Below are positions 37,116 to 51,107 of a DNA stretch of 64,000 nt, one piece after another (the first letter of the stretch is position 1; each line of letters opens with the position of its first letter). The notes below the pieces were generated by a model that did not search any database, had not been told where the DNA came from, and saw only the letters and a program-made list of their open reading frames with translations. This stretch comes from Candidatus Latescibacterota bacterium (GTDB taxonomy: Bacteria > Latescibacterota > UBA2968 > GCA-2709665). Location of the stretch: the NCBI GenBank assembly GCA_965219995.1, contig CBDCOX010000002.1:4768001-4832000 (forward strand), read 5' to 3'. The position numbers and the translations under genes are program-made.

Positions 37116-38060
37116 TCACGGCACCTGGGCCCCGACCGTCTCCACGTAGACGGAGAACAGCGACTGGGAGCAGGTCATGAACAGCCTGTTCTTCTTTTCG
37201 CCGCCGAAGCAGAGGTTCGCACAGGGGGCCGGGAGGTGGATCTTGCCGATGAGGGTGCCGTCGGGCGCGAAGCAGTGCACGCCGTCGGTGCCTTCGCCCG
37301 CCCAGCACGCGCCTGCCCACAGGTTGCCGTCCACGTCGGTTCGGATCCCGTCCGCCGAGGCGGGCTCCATGTTCACGAACACACGGCCGCTCGCGAGTCG
37401 GTCGCCATCCACGTCGAACACGCGGATGTGGGTGGGGTATTCGGGTCCGTCGGAGCGCCCGGTGTCGACGATGTATAAGAGCGACTCGTCGGGGCTGAAG
37501 CACAGGCCGTTGGGCCGCTGGAAGTCTGAAACGACAACCGTTGCCTCTCCGGTGTCCGGATCGAGACGGTACACGTTGGTGTCGTTCTCGAATTCGGCCC
37601 GGTGCCCTTCATAGTTCATCAGAATGCCGTACCCCGGGTCGGTGAACCAGATCGACCCGTCCGACCTGACCACGGCGTCGTTCGGCGCATTCAGCGGCCT
37701 TCCCTCAAAGCGGTCCATCAGCACCGTGATCGAACCGTCGTATTCCGTGCGGGTGACGCGACGCGCGTCGTGTTCACAAGAAACCAGCCGGCCCTGGCGG
37801 TCGCGCGTATTCCCGTTTGTGTTGTTCGACGGCTTGCGGAATACCGAGACGTCCCCCGTCTCCTCTTCCCACTTGAGGATGCGGTTGTTGGGGATATCGC
37901 TGAACAGCAGATAGCGGCCGTCCCCGAACCACACCGGTCCCTCCAGCCACCGGCCTCCGGTCCAGAGCATCTCAATGGCGGCGGTCGATAGTTTGTACTT
38001 CGCAAACCGGTCGTCGAGCACTTCGACGCGGCTGTCCGGGTACCTCACGAGATCCGTCAT
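37116..38060 (-). CDS. SMP-30/gluconolactonase/LRE family protein
   Basis: EGPVW, SDIPNNRI, NAPNDA, RPNGLCFSPDE, DGIRTD. Confidence 0.92.
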   Translation of the reverse strand: MTDLVRYPDSRVEVLDDRFAKYKLSTAAIEMLWTGGRWLEGPVWFGDGRYLLFSDIPNNRILKWEEETGDVSVFRKPSNNTNGNTRDRQGRLVSCEHDARRVTRTEYDGSITVLMDRFEGRPLNAPNDAVVRSDGSIWFTDPGYGILMNYEGHRAEFENDTNVYRLDPDTGEATVVVSDFQRPNGLCFSPDESLLYIVDTGRSDGPEYPTHIRVFDVDGDRLASGRVFVNMEPASADGIRTDVDGNLWAGACWAGEGTDGVHCFAPDGTLIGKIHLPAPCANLCFGGEKKNRLFMTCSQSLFSVYVETVGAQVP

Positions 38061-38330
38061 TTCATTTCTGTCCCTTCATGATGATCCGATTACGTCGGTT
38101 GTCCGACGAGTGATCGCAAAAATCCAATAACATCCGGTTTAACGACTGGTTGGGCGACGGATGATCCGCGACATCACTTACAGCTCCCGCGGCCGCCATT
38201 TCCGCGTTATCCACAGGCAATACACGACGGCAAATTGCACCTCGGAAGCAGTCTTGTCAACGGTTTTTCGGGAAGCCGGAACCTGTCGGCCACCGCCGGC
38301 AGGGTCGGTGGTCGTTAAGGTTGCCACACC

Positions 38331-38359
38331 TTGACAACTTTTCAGACGCCCTTTATATT
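38331..38359 (+). promoter_or_regulatory. Near-consensus sigma70 promoter
   Basis: TTGACA-17 nt-TATATT upstream of the gene at 38543. Confidence 0.7.
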
Positions 38360-38542
38360 GAAAATTAACACCGGTGAAGTTTCCGAAGAGAGCCGGAAAC
38401 CCGCCAACGTGCGCAGTCTTCATGTGGCCGGCCGCAGATCGACGAACAGGTTCCGCCGATCCGTTTCCGGCGCCCTGCGACGACCCGTCACAACCGGCGG
38501 GCCTGGCCCGTTTGCAGCGATTCGATTCGCGCCATCGCCGAT

Positions 38543-39499
38543 ATGACAACCCGTCAGAACATACCCGGATTGAGCCTGGTCACCGTACTGCTTTGTTTAT
38601 CCAACCCTGAACAACCAGGGTGCGGGGAGGCGCGCGCTTCCGGAACGGCGTACCAGATCGTAAGCCGGCAGGAAATACTGGATGCCATGCGGCAGACTGG
38701 CGATTACGATCCGACAGCGACGACGAACGGCGCCCGGTTCCAATGGGAAGTGATCTTCAATCTCGCGCACCGGGCGTGGGAGCGGGACCCGCGTGGAGCA
38801 CCGCTGTTTATCGACTCGGAGGACTGGTTTCGGGCGTTTATGGAGACGACCGGACGGACGGAAGACGAAATGCCACTGTACGCGAGGCTGTCCTATGAAT
38901 ATAAGCAGCATATGGATGTGGAATACAGAATGGATCGAGTGATCCGGAGGGTCATCGAAGGGCCGGCGCCTCGATTGGCTTTGAATGTCCGTATCTGGTG
39001 GGAAGACCGGACGGACAGGGCGGATCGTTACTCATATCGGGATACGCTGGCAACACCCAATCTCAAGATTACGATTCGTCAAATGATTTCGTATCGGCTG
39101 CTGGATCTTGGAGACTGGTTTGTTTGCGATAAAGTCAGGGGGCTCAGCGGACGTCCGACGTCAGGATTGTTGGGGTTTATCTTTCGGATTATCGGCGACG
39201 GTCGCATTGTACACTCCCGGATGGCAGTCTCGGCTGACGGTCTTCAGGTTGTCCGCGGGACGTCGAAGAAGGGGTTTATGGCAATGACAACCACCGCGAC
39301 GATTTTCAGGGATGGAGAGATGATCAAGGATCTGCCGGATGGCCGGTCCGATCTGAAGGAACTGAAGAAACGCGTCAAACAGAAGCTGGAAGTCGAATAC
39401 GTCGAACTACCCGAGGGCAAACTGGCGAAACCTGAAATCCCTGTGGAGAAACCGAAGGGCACGCCTATGGAGGAGCCTCATGAGCGAGCAGACAGGTGA
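38543..39499 (+). CDS. Hypothetical, probably exported protein
   Basis: Hydrophobic N-terminal segment; long ORF overlapping the next gene by 20 bp; no family recognised. Confidence 0.7.
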   Translation: MTTRQNIPGLSLVTVLLCLSNPEQPGCGEARASGTAYQIVSRQEILDAMRQTGDYDPTATTNGARFQWEVIFNLAHRAWERDPRGAPLFIDSEDWFRAFMETTGRTEDEMPLYARLSYEYKQHMDVEYRMDRVIRRVIEGPAPRLALNVRIWWEDRTDRADRYSYRDTLATPNLKITIRQMISYRLLDLGDWFVCDKVRGLSGRPTSGLLGFIFRIIGDGRIVHSRMAVSADGLQVVRGTSKKGFMAMTTTATIFRDGEMIKDLPDGRSDLKELKKRVKQKLEVEYVELPEGKLAKPEIPVEKPKGTPMEEPHERADR

Positions 39500-40310
39500 C
39501 GCAAGATACACGATGGGACGCAGCAAGGGGGAAGAGGAGCGGTTGATTCACCAGTCCCAACTGTACGACGCCATCACCCGCCGCTTTCTGACTGAAGCGG
39601 GCGTTGGAAACGGGATGAAAGTCCTGGATATCGGCTGCGGTCCCGGCGACGTCTCCCTGACGGCGGCTGAACTGGTCGGTCCGGCTGGAAGCGTTGTGGG
39701 CGTGGACGTCAATCCGGATATCATTGGCACCGCCCGGGACCGTGCGCGCGGCGCGGGCTTCTCCAACGTCGAATTCCGGACGGGCGACGCGCGGACGCTG
39801 GACGTGGGAAGCGACTTCGACGTGCTGACGGGCAGGCTGGTGCTGATGTATATGGGCGACCCCGCGGAAGCCCTGAGACAGTTGACAGCCAGGCTGCGGC
39901 CGGGCGGAATCGTGGCCTTCCAGGAGGCCGACTTCAGCTACTATCACAAGCGAGCGGACACGCCCGTGGCGAACGATCTCATCGAATGGGCCATTTCCGT
40001 TTTCAAACGTTCCGGCGCGCACATAGAGATGGGCTTGAATCTGTACGGCGCGTTTGTAGACGCGGGACTGCCCGATCCGGAAATGGATCTCGCGGCGCCG
40101 GTTGGCGGGCCGGAGAACTGGACGGGGTACCGGTTCGTCGTTGAAGCATTTCGCAGCATGGTTCCGCTGATCGAAGAGTTTGGGATCGCAACAGCCGACG
40201 AGGTCGATCTGGATACGCTGGCAGACAGGCTCCGAAACGAGGTGGTGGCGACAAAACGCGCGTTCATGCTCCCGCCCCACGTGACCGCGTGGGCGGTGCT
40301 GCCGGACTGA
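39480..40310 (+). CDS. Class I SAM-dependent methyltransferase
   Basis: VLDIGCGPG, VGVD, FDVLTGRLVLMY, LRPGG. GGAGGAG RBS. Confidence 0.9.
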   Translation: MSEQTGDARYTMGRSKGEEERLIHQSQLYDAITRRFLTEAGVGNGMKVLDIGCGPGDVSLTAAELVGPAGSVVGVDVNPDIIGTARDRARGAGFSNVEFRTGDARTLDVGSDFDVLTGRLVLMYMGDPAEALRQLTARLRPGGIVAFQEADFSYYHKRADTPVANDLIEWAISVFKRSGAHIEMGLNLYGAFVDAGLPDPEMDLAAPVGGPENWTGYRFVVEAFRSMVPLIEEFGIATADEVDLDTLADRLRNEVVATKRAFMLPPHVTAWAVLPD

Positions 40311-40400
40311 CTCGCTCTGCTCCGTGTAGTTAACATGATTTCGCCGGGACGACGAAGTTGTCGCCCCGGCGTTGTCTTGTACCGCGATCCAATGTCCTGC

Positions 40401-41678
40401 CTAAGGGGTTCGCCCGGCCGCGCGGATGCCTTCTTTTTCGTCCACCCACTTCAGAAGTACGCTTCCCGCCACGAACAACACCGCCACGATCGAGACCCCG
40501 GCGCGCTGGGACTGGAAGACGCGCGTGAGTTCCCCGAGGGCCAGGGGGCCGAGAAACGCGGTGGCTTTTCCCGAAAAGGCGAAGAGGCCGAAGAACTCGT
40601 TCTCCTTTTCCGGCGGGACAAACCGTCCCAGGAGCGAACGGCTGGCGGACTGGTTCGGTCCGGCGAAAAACCCGACCATGATGCCCGAAACCCAGAAGAC
40701 GGTCTTGCTGTGGGTGAAGATGGCCAGCAGGGTCGCGACGATGAGAAACACGAGGCTGATCTGGATGGTGCGTTTGCCGCCCAGCAGATCGTCGAAGAAA
40801 CCCATCACAAATGCCCCGATTCCGGCGGCGACGTTCAGGACAATCCCGAAGATCATGATTTCGGTAAACGTGAAACCGAAGGTGCCGGCCGCGTAGATGC
40901 CCCCGAAGGCGAAGATGGTAATGAGCCCGTCGTTGTATACGAGCCGGGCGATGAGTAACTTGATGATTTCCTTATATTTCCTGGCATCTCCAAACGTCCG
41001 CGCGAGTTGACGATAGGAGGCAGCCAGGAGCCCCCGCGCCTGAGTGACGGGGCCTTTTTTTTTTTTCACCCACAGGAAGATGGGGACGCTGAAGACGGCG
41101 AACCACACGGCAACGAGCAGATTGGTTGCGCGGATATTGGCGCCGGCCTCCTTCGTGAAACCGAACCAGGGTGTTTCCGCACTGACGAACCCGACCATCG
41201 CGATGCCCATTGCGAGGAGGCCGCCGATATATCCCAGGCCCCATCCGTAGCCGGAGATACGACCGATGTATTCTCGTGGCGAGATGTCGGGAAGAAAAGC
41301 ATTGTAGAAGACGTTTCCCATTTCAAAGGCGAAGTTCGCGATGGCGAACCAGAGCAGCGCCTTCATGACCTGGCCCGGCGTTGCCGTATAAAGGACAGTT
41401 GTCGCGATGACGGCGATGATCGTGGTGAGGAGAAGGAAACTTTTCCGGTACCCTCCGCGGTCGGCAAGGGCACCCGCGAGAGGCGAGACGAGGGCCACCG
41501 CGATGGCGGAGAAGGTGACCCCTCTGGACCAGAGCGTGGTGCCGATGATCTCGCTCGACGCGAGGGACTTCACAAAGTACGTGGAATAGATGAAGGTGAC
41601 CACGAGGGTGGTGAAGGCGGAGTTGGCAAAATCGTACATTGCCCAGGACACGACGGTCTTTTTGTCAATCTTGTTCAA
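40401..41678 (-). CDS. MFS transporter (UMF1/Atg22-like)
   Basis: WAMYDFANSAF, FYNAFLP, GWGLGYIGG, QSASRSL, EFFGLF. TTG start at 41678 preferred because the extension to 41720 runs into a REP. Confidence 0.88.
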   Translation of the reverse strand: MNKIDKKTVVSWAMYDFANSAFTTLVVTFIYSTYFVKSLASSEIIGTTLWSRGVTFSAIAVALVSPLAGALADRGGYRKSFLLLTTIIAVIATTVLYTATPGQVMKALLWFAIANFAFEMGNVFYNAFLPDISPREYIGRISGYGWGLGYIGGLLAMGIAMVGFVSAETPWFGFTKEAGANIRATNLLVAVWFAVFSVPIFLWVKKKKGPVTQARGLLAASYRQLARTFGDARKYKEIIKLLIARLVYNDGLITIFAFGGIYAAGTFGFTFTEIMIFGIVLNVAAGIGAFVMGFFDDLLGGKRTIQISLVFLIVATLLAIFTHSKTVFWVSGIMVGFFAGPNQSASRSLLGRFVPPEKENEFFGLFAFSGKATAFLGPLALGELTRVFQSQRAGVSIVAVLFVAGSVLLKWVDEKEGIRAAGRTP

Positions 41679-41708
41679 GAGCGGGCGGGCCCTTCCCCAA
41701 TAACACAA

Positions 41709-41814
41709 GGGCGACCACAAGGGTCGCCCCTACGATTGCAGATCGTGCGTAGCCAGAAACCGGATGGCAGTGCCGCGGTCGAATTTGTAGGGGCGACCGG
41801 CCCCTCGCCCCTAC
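41709..41814. repeat. Pair of GTAG-type REPs between the TBDR and MFS genes
   Basis: Reverse complement of GTAGGGGCGACCCTTGTGGTCGCCC at 41709-41733; GTAGGGGCGA...TCGCCCCTAC at 41787-41814. Confidence 0.75.
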
Positions 41815-41838
41815 TGCTGAGAGCTGAAAGCCTTTCGC

Positions 41839-44715
41839 TTAGAAGTCCGCCGTCAGTCCGACCGAAACGAGGCGGCCAATCTCAGGCGCCCCGACGAATT
41901 CCCGGTGCTTCTGGTTGAACATGTTGGAAGCGTTGACGACGAGTGCGACGGTTCCATCCGTAATCACGGACGGCAGTTCATATCTCACGTTTGTGTCGAA
42001 GACCAGGGAAGATTTGACGTCGCCGATGTAGACGCCCGAGATCATCGGAAAACCGCTGCGGCCTCGGAGACGGAATCCCACCCGGATCCCGCGGTCCGGC
42101 ATATTGGCCGTTGCGCCGAGCGTGAATTTGTTGCCTGGGGCGTTGAGCGCGACGTCCGCGATGCCGCCCAGATTCCTGAAAAGGTCCTTGTTGACGTGTG
42201 AATAACTGCCCGTGAACGTCCACATTTCGTCGGCGTAATAGGCAAGGCTGACGTCGAAGCCGTAGAAATCCACGTCGCCAAAGTTGCGGTACGTCAGCAT
42301 GATCGCATTTGGATCGGACGCTTGCAGGGGCGACACGGTGCCGAAGGGAATAAACGCGGCGCCGTTGTCATTCGTGCCGGCAACGAAGAGGCGGGTGATT
42401 TCATCGATCGGCGTGTTGTTGCCGTTGCCGCCCTGTTCCGGCGCATCGAGGACCCCCAGTGCCGCGGCCAGCAGCGCCGCGGAGGGGTCCTGGAGGGCCT
42501 GGGCGAGAGCGGCGGACAGAGAGGCCGCAAGCGCGTCCGGATCCAGGAAGACGTTAGGCGTTTCCACGCGCAGCGGCGCGACGAAGTCGTGGGTGCGGGT
42601 ACGGTACACGTCCGCTGCAAGGGCGAACCGGTTGCCGAATATGCCCTTGTAACCCACTTCGTAGGTTTCCGTTATCGTGGGTCTGATCTTGTCAATATCA
42701 CGTATGGTCGAAGCACCCGGGACCGGGTCGAAGGCAGCCGTTGTCGGATTCAGGACCCGGAGCGTGTTCCGGAGGCCCGGCAGGGTCTGCGGTATGAGAT
42801 TCTGAAACGCGACCGCCAGCCCTTCCACCTGCTGGGCTGCAATGGCCGGAATCTGTTCGGCAGGGATCCCGGCGGCCGCGAGTTGCCCGGAAATCACGGC
42901 GGTTGCAAGTTGCTTCAGTGACGGAAGGGCCGCTTCCATGACGGCGCTTCGGCCGATTCCCCACATGACGTTGCTGAACCTCGCGTCGTTCATCCCGATC
43001 TGGTGTGAAGGCGACAGGCCGATGACCTGGGCGAACGGTGAACGGAAGGTGGGTACGCCGCTGGCGTCGCGGCTCCATGTAAACCCATCCTCGGTGCCCT
43101 GCGCGCGGATGTCGAAACTGGGACTGAATCCCAGGACCGGCGCAAAGGCGCGACCCGTACCGAAGGCGTCCCTGGCCTGGACGATATCCAGGAAGAAATT
43201 GCCCGTGGATGGCGTACTGAACGCCCTGTTGTACGTCAGCCTGACGGTCTGCAGCGGGTCGGGCTTCAGAACCACCGCCGCCCTTGGTGAGAATACCCGC
43301 TCATCAATGTGGTTGTGGTCGTCGTACCGGGCGGCCGCCACCACAGTCAGATACTCGTTCAGGCTGCTCTCGCCCTGCACGTAGACCCCGAATTCGTCAA
43401 CGTCGTCGCGGGTCTCGTTGGCGCCGTTTATGGTCCCTTCGGTATTCGGGCGCGTGAACAGGCCGTCCACCCCGTAGGTGACCCGGTGGCGGTCTTCCAC
43501 GCTCAGGCTATGCTGGGCCTGCAGCACCGTAAAGGACGACTTGTCCACAATTGGATCGTTTGTCCGCAGGAGTTTGGTATCTTTGGCGTCGCTGCTGTTG
43601 TGAAAGGCCTGAATGAAGAAGTCCTTGAAGAGCAGGCGACCCTGGAAAGAGTAGTTGGTCCACCCATCGGCCTGGCCCGCGCCGATACCCGTCATCTCGA
43701 TGCTGTTCAACCGGGCGAATCCGGCGGAAAGAATCCCCGTCAGGTCCTCTGTGGGCCGGACGTCCAGCCGAAGTTCTCCGCTGAGCCGGCTGACGTCGTA
43801 ATCTCTCGGATTCCGGCCCCGCAGCCGCACCTCTTCCGGGTCTTCATGTTCCCAATCGGTTCCGGAAAAGTACTGTCCGGAGAGTTTCATGCCGACCGTT
43901 TCCGTGGTTGCGGCGTGCCGGAAAGAGAGATTCCGCAGGTCGCGTTCGCCGCCCATCACGCTGACGGACGTGCCTTCAGAGCCGAAGGGCGACCGGGTGA
44001 TGATATGCATCACACCGTTTGCGCTGTTCGGTCCGTAAAGGGCCGATCCCGGTCCCAGGACGACCTCAACGCGGTCGACGTCGTGGTTCGTAATGGGAAT
44101 GAAATGATGTGCGTTGAACCGGAGAGACGGCACACGGGTAATGCGGTTGTCCACCAGCGTGAGCAGCGTTCCGGAGAAGACGTTGTTGAAACCGCGCGCC
44201 ACGGTGTTGGCCTGGAACAGCCCGGTCTGGGCGTTGTCCACGCCCGCAAGCCCCACGATATAATCCGCGGCGCTGAGACCGCGCTGCGCCTGAACGTCGT
44301 CGGTCCCGACAACCGCGACGGACGCGGGAGCATCCAGGACTTTTTCCCGCCGGCGGGACGCGGAGACGATGATCTGGTCACCGTAAAGTACCTCGACCGC
44401 GAGGCTGAAGTCGAGATTGACCTCGCCGCCGTCGGAAATGCGGACGTTGCTCCGGGTGACGGACTCGTATCCGACAAAGGATACGGAGACTTCATAGACG
44501 CCGTCCGGAAGATTCCCGGCCTCGTACATACCGTTCTCTTCCGACACAACGGTCAGTGGACCGGAGAGTGCCGAACCCTGGACGATGACGTTCGCGCCGA
44601 ATAGGGGTTCACCATCGTCGCCGGTGATCTGTCCCTTGATGGCGCCCGCGCCCTGGGCGAAGGCAGGGGTGACCAGGCACAGAAGCAGGGCCAGTGCGGA
44701 CCGTACGGATGACAT
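41839..44715 (-). CDS. TonB-dependent receptor with N-terminal carboxypeptidase-regulatory-like domain
   Basis: Signal peptide; IIVSASRR TonB-box region; VEVVLGPGSALYG plug motif; NMFN...and terminal Phe. Start at ATG 44715 after AAGGAG. Confidence 0.92.
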   Translation of the reverse strand: MSSVRSALALLLCLVTPAFAQGAGAIKGQITGDDGEPLFGANVIVQGSALSGPLTVVSEENGMYEAGNLPDGVYEVSVSFVGYESVTRSNVRISDGGEVNLDFSLAVEVLYGDQIIVSASRRREKVLDAPASVAVVGTDDVQAQRGLSAADYIVGLAGVDNAQTGLFQANTVARGFNNVFSGTLLTLVDNRITRVPSLRFNAHHFIPITNHDVDRVEVVLGPGSALYGPNSANGVMHIITRSPFGSEGTSVSVMGGERDLRNLSFRHAATTETVGMKLSGQYFSGTDWEHEDPEEVRLRGRNPRDYDVSRLSGELRLDVRPTEDLTGILSAGFARLNSIEMTGIGAGQADGWTNYSFQGRLLFKDFFIQAFHNSSDAKDTKLLRTNDPIVDKSSFTVLQAQHSLSVEDRHRVTYGVDGLFTRPNTEGTINGANETRDDVDEFGVYVQGESSLNEYLTVVAAARYDDHNHIDERVFSPRAAVVLKPDPLQTVRLTYNRAFSTPSTGNFFLDIVQARDAFGTGRAFAPVLGFSPSFDIRAQGTEDGFTWSRDASGVPTFRSPFAQVIGLSPSHQIGMNDARFSNVMWGIGRSAVMEAALPSLKQLATAVISGQLAAAGIPAEQIPAIAAQQVEGLAVAFQNLIPQTLPGLRNTLRVLNPTTAAFDPVPGASTIRDIDKIRPTITETYEVGYKGIFGNRFALAADVYRTRTHDFVAPLRVETPNVFLDPDALAASLSAALAQALQDPSAALLAAALGVLDAPEQGGNGNNTPIDEITRLFVAGTNDNGAAFIPFGTVSPLQASDPNAIMLTYRNFGDVDFYGFDVSLAYYADEMWTFTGSYSHVNKDLFRNLGGIADVALNAPGNKFTLGATANMPDRGIRVGFRLRGRSGFPMISGVYIGDVKSSLVFDTNVRYELPSVITDGTVALVVNASNMFNQKHREFVGAPEIGRLVSVGLTADF

Positions 44716-44824
44716 ACACTCACTCCTTACGTTTGAAGTTCGGATTTTCGGCCTGTGTGTGAGGAGAATGGACAAATTCGGGAAACACAGTGTCCCGTTC
44801 CGGAGTTATGTTACCATTCAACGG

Positions 44825-45385
44825 TCAGGTTCTATCGCGGCCTTCCACGTTGGCGAGCGCCGCTTTGATGGCGCCCGCCAGCGGTTCCGGAGAAGCCAGG
44901 TATTGCCGCGTACTCGAGAAGACGCGGCCGCCGATCGGTTCGCCGGGAAGCCTTGGAATCAGCTGAAAGTGAAGGTGAGAAAGCCGTCCGGAACACATGG
45001 TGACCTGGTATACCTTGTCGCAGCCGGTAGCCGTTTTCAGCGCGCGGGTCAGGCGGAGCATGACCGCCATCAATTCCATTCCGAACGCTTCAGACAGGTC
45101 GGCGATATCCGGGACGTGCGGCCTGGCGATAACGATCGTGTGACCCAGGCCGCGCGGGTATTGCTCGAGAAACGCGAGACAGCGCTCGTTTTCGAACAAC
45201 AGCGCGCCGTCCGAGTTCGACGTTGCATCTCCGCCGGCGATCCAGTGACAGGTGTGGCACACACCCTGCTCGATTAGCCGGTTCCATCCGCGACCACGTT
45301 CCGCACGTTCGCGCACTTCGTGCTCCGTGGCCGGCCTTATACAGTCCTTTAGACGTTCGAGATCCACAGGTTTACGGTCTGGCAT
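44825..45385 (-). CDS. HIT family nucleotide hydrolase/transferase
   Basis: CHTC, GHTIVI and HLHFQLIPR (HxHxQ variant). Confidence 0.8.
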   Translation of the reverse strand: MPDRKPVDLERLKDCIRPATEHEVRERAERGRGWNRLIEQGVCHTCHWIAGGDATSNSDGALLFENERCLAFLEQYPRGLGHTIVIARPHVPDIADLSEAFGMELMAVMLRLTRALKTATGCDKVYQVTMCSGRLSHLHFQLIPRLPGEPIGGRVFSSTRQYLASPEPLAGAIKAALANVEGRDRT

Positions 45386-45564
45386 CTATTCTCAAGTGTC
45401 GAGAATTGGGACGGTCGTTTTTCTAAATATAAGGCATTATAATCTTCCTGCCCGTAAAAATCAACTTTGTTGCAAGTTGCCCGCGGGACGACACCCAACC
45501 TTGATTCGCTTCGGGGTTTTTTACGGAAGATCGAGGTACAGACGATGCCGCCCGGCGTTGTCGC

Positions 45565-49896
<4,332 letters not shown>

Positions 49897-50036
49897 GTGT
49901 GTTCCTCATCCGGAGTCCGTCGACGCCGTGACGAGATGGGTTGGCCACGCTGAAAAGGGGAACATCCGTTCACTAATATAATGAACGACAATCTCAAACG
50001 CAAGGCAGCGGAATCCGGTATGGGAAAAAGAGACAG

Positions 50037-50072
50037 AAGGCGGGGAGACGTAAGAAGGTAGACGGTAGAGGA
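50037..50072 (+). repeat. Heptamer-armed element, left arm only (copy C)
   Basis: AAGGCGGGGAGACGTAAGAAGGTAGACGGTAGAG; same 14-bp end as copy A. Confidence 0.65.
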
Positions 50073-50133
50073 CAACCTGCGTCCTTGAAACGACGACACG
50101 GCCTCGCGAAATCTAGCGGCGATAGTCGCGCAG

Positions 50134-50254
50134 ACCTATCCCCCCTGCCTGCCGAAAAACCACCGGCAGGCAGGGACCCTTTCCTGAAGGAAAGGGAAAC
50201 CAGCGCCAAGCGATGGAATCCCGCTTTCCCGCTTCCTTCAGGAAGGGGGTAGGT
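50134..50254. repeat. Composite palindromic repeat
   Basis: ACCTA...TAGGT outer ends, two CCT(GA/TC)AGG-centred hairpins and an inner CCTGCCTGCCG...CGGCAGGCAGG stem. Confidence 0.6.
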
Positions 50255-50354
50255 CCCCGCGCCGAGCGGCGCCGTTTTTTTCCTGTGAGCGCTGTCCCGA
50301 AAGGGCTTGTCCGCCGACCTGGGACCTGTAATGGAGTTTCATTGAAGGGTACCG

Positions 50355-51074
50355 TCACGGCCTGAACTCGTCCCAGTGCGTGATCGAATCCTTCCATTTG
50401 TCCGGCTCTGCCGTCGGCCGTTCGCGCGACCGATCGAAATAGATCGCGTTCATGCCCAGCGATTTCGGGGCCAGAACGTCGTTTCGCAGATTGTCCCCGA
50501 TGAACAGGACATCGCCCGCCCGGTCGGCGCCGAGGCCGGCGCGTCGAAGCGCCTCGAGATAGATCTCATGACCGGGTTTTCGAAAACCGATCGCCGCGCT
50601 GTCGATCACGAACTCGAAATGCTGCAGGAGCTCGTGAACGCCCAGGAGCCGCTCCGGCCAACCGGGCAGGTAGAAATTCGACACGACGCCCATTCGAACG
50701 CTTCCGCACCACACCGACAGCATCTTTTCGACGCCCGGGGTTCGACGGACCTGCTTCGGATAGGACCGTTCGAATACTGCCACCATCTCCTGTACGAGCC
50801 GGTGTATTGGCACTCGACCGGTCGTTCCGCAAGCGGAAAGCACCTCCGACATCCGGTCTCCAAGCTCGATTTCCCTCGACGCGCCGCCGAACAACCGGTT
50901 TTCCCGCCATCGCGAGTACGCAGCCTCGAACTCGCGTGGCGTAGCAAAGTAGCCCTCCCGGACCGGAAGGTCGAGAATCGAGCCCAGACCGGATTCATCT
51001 CCGGCCTCGTCGAAATCATCGAGAAGGGTATTGAAGCAGTCGAAGAAGATCCACGCGGGTCTACGGTCGGTCAT
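50355..51074 (-). CDS. HAD-superfamily hydrolase
   Basis: FDCFNTL, VSN, RKP, IGDNLRNDV. Confidence 0.88.
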   Translation of the reverse strand: MTDRRPAWIFFDCFNTLLDDFDEAGDESGLGSILDLPVREGYFATPREFEAAYSRWRENRLFGGASREIELGDRMSEVLSACGTTGRVPIHRLVQEMVAVFERSYPKQVRRTPGVEKMLSVWCGSVRMGVVSNFYLPGWPERLLGVHELLQHFEFVIDSAAIGFRKPGHEIYLEALRRAGLGADRAGDVLFIGDNLRNDVLAPKSLGMNAIYFDRSRERPTAEPDKWKDSITHWDEFRP

Positions 51075-51107
51075 GGGGTATTCGGGGGCGATTGCAAGGG
51101 AACGGCA

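Noticed and set aside
38207-38215. Perfect DnaA box TTATCCACA suggesting oriC
   Set aside because: It is a single box with no cluster, AT-rich unwinding element or dnaA/dnaN neighbours.
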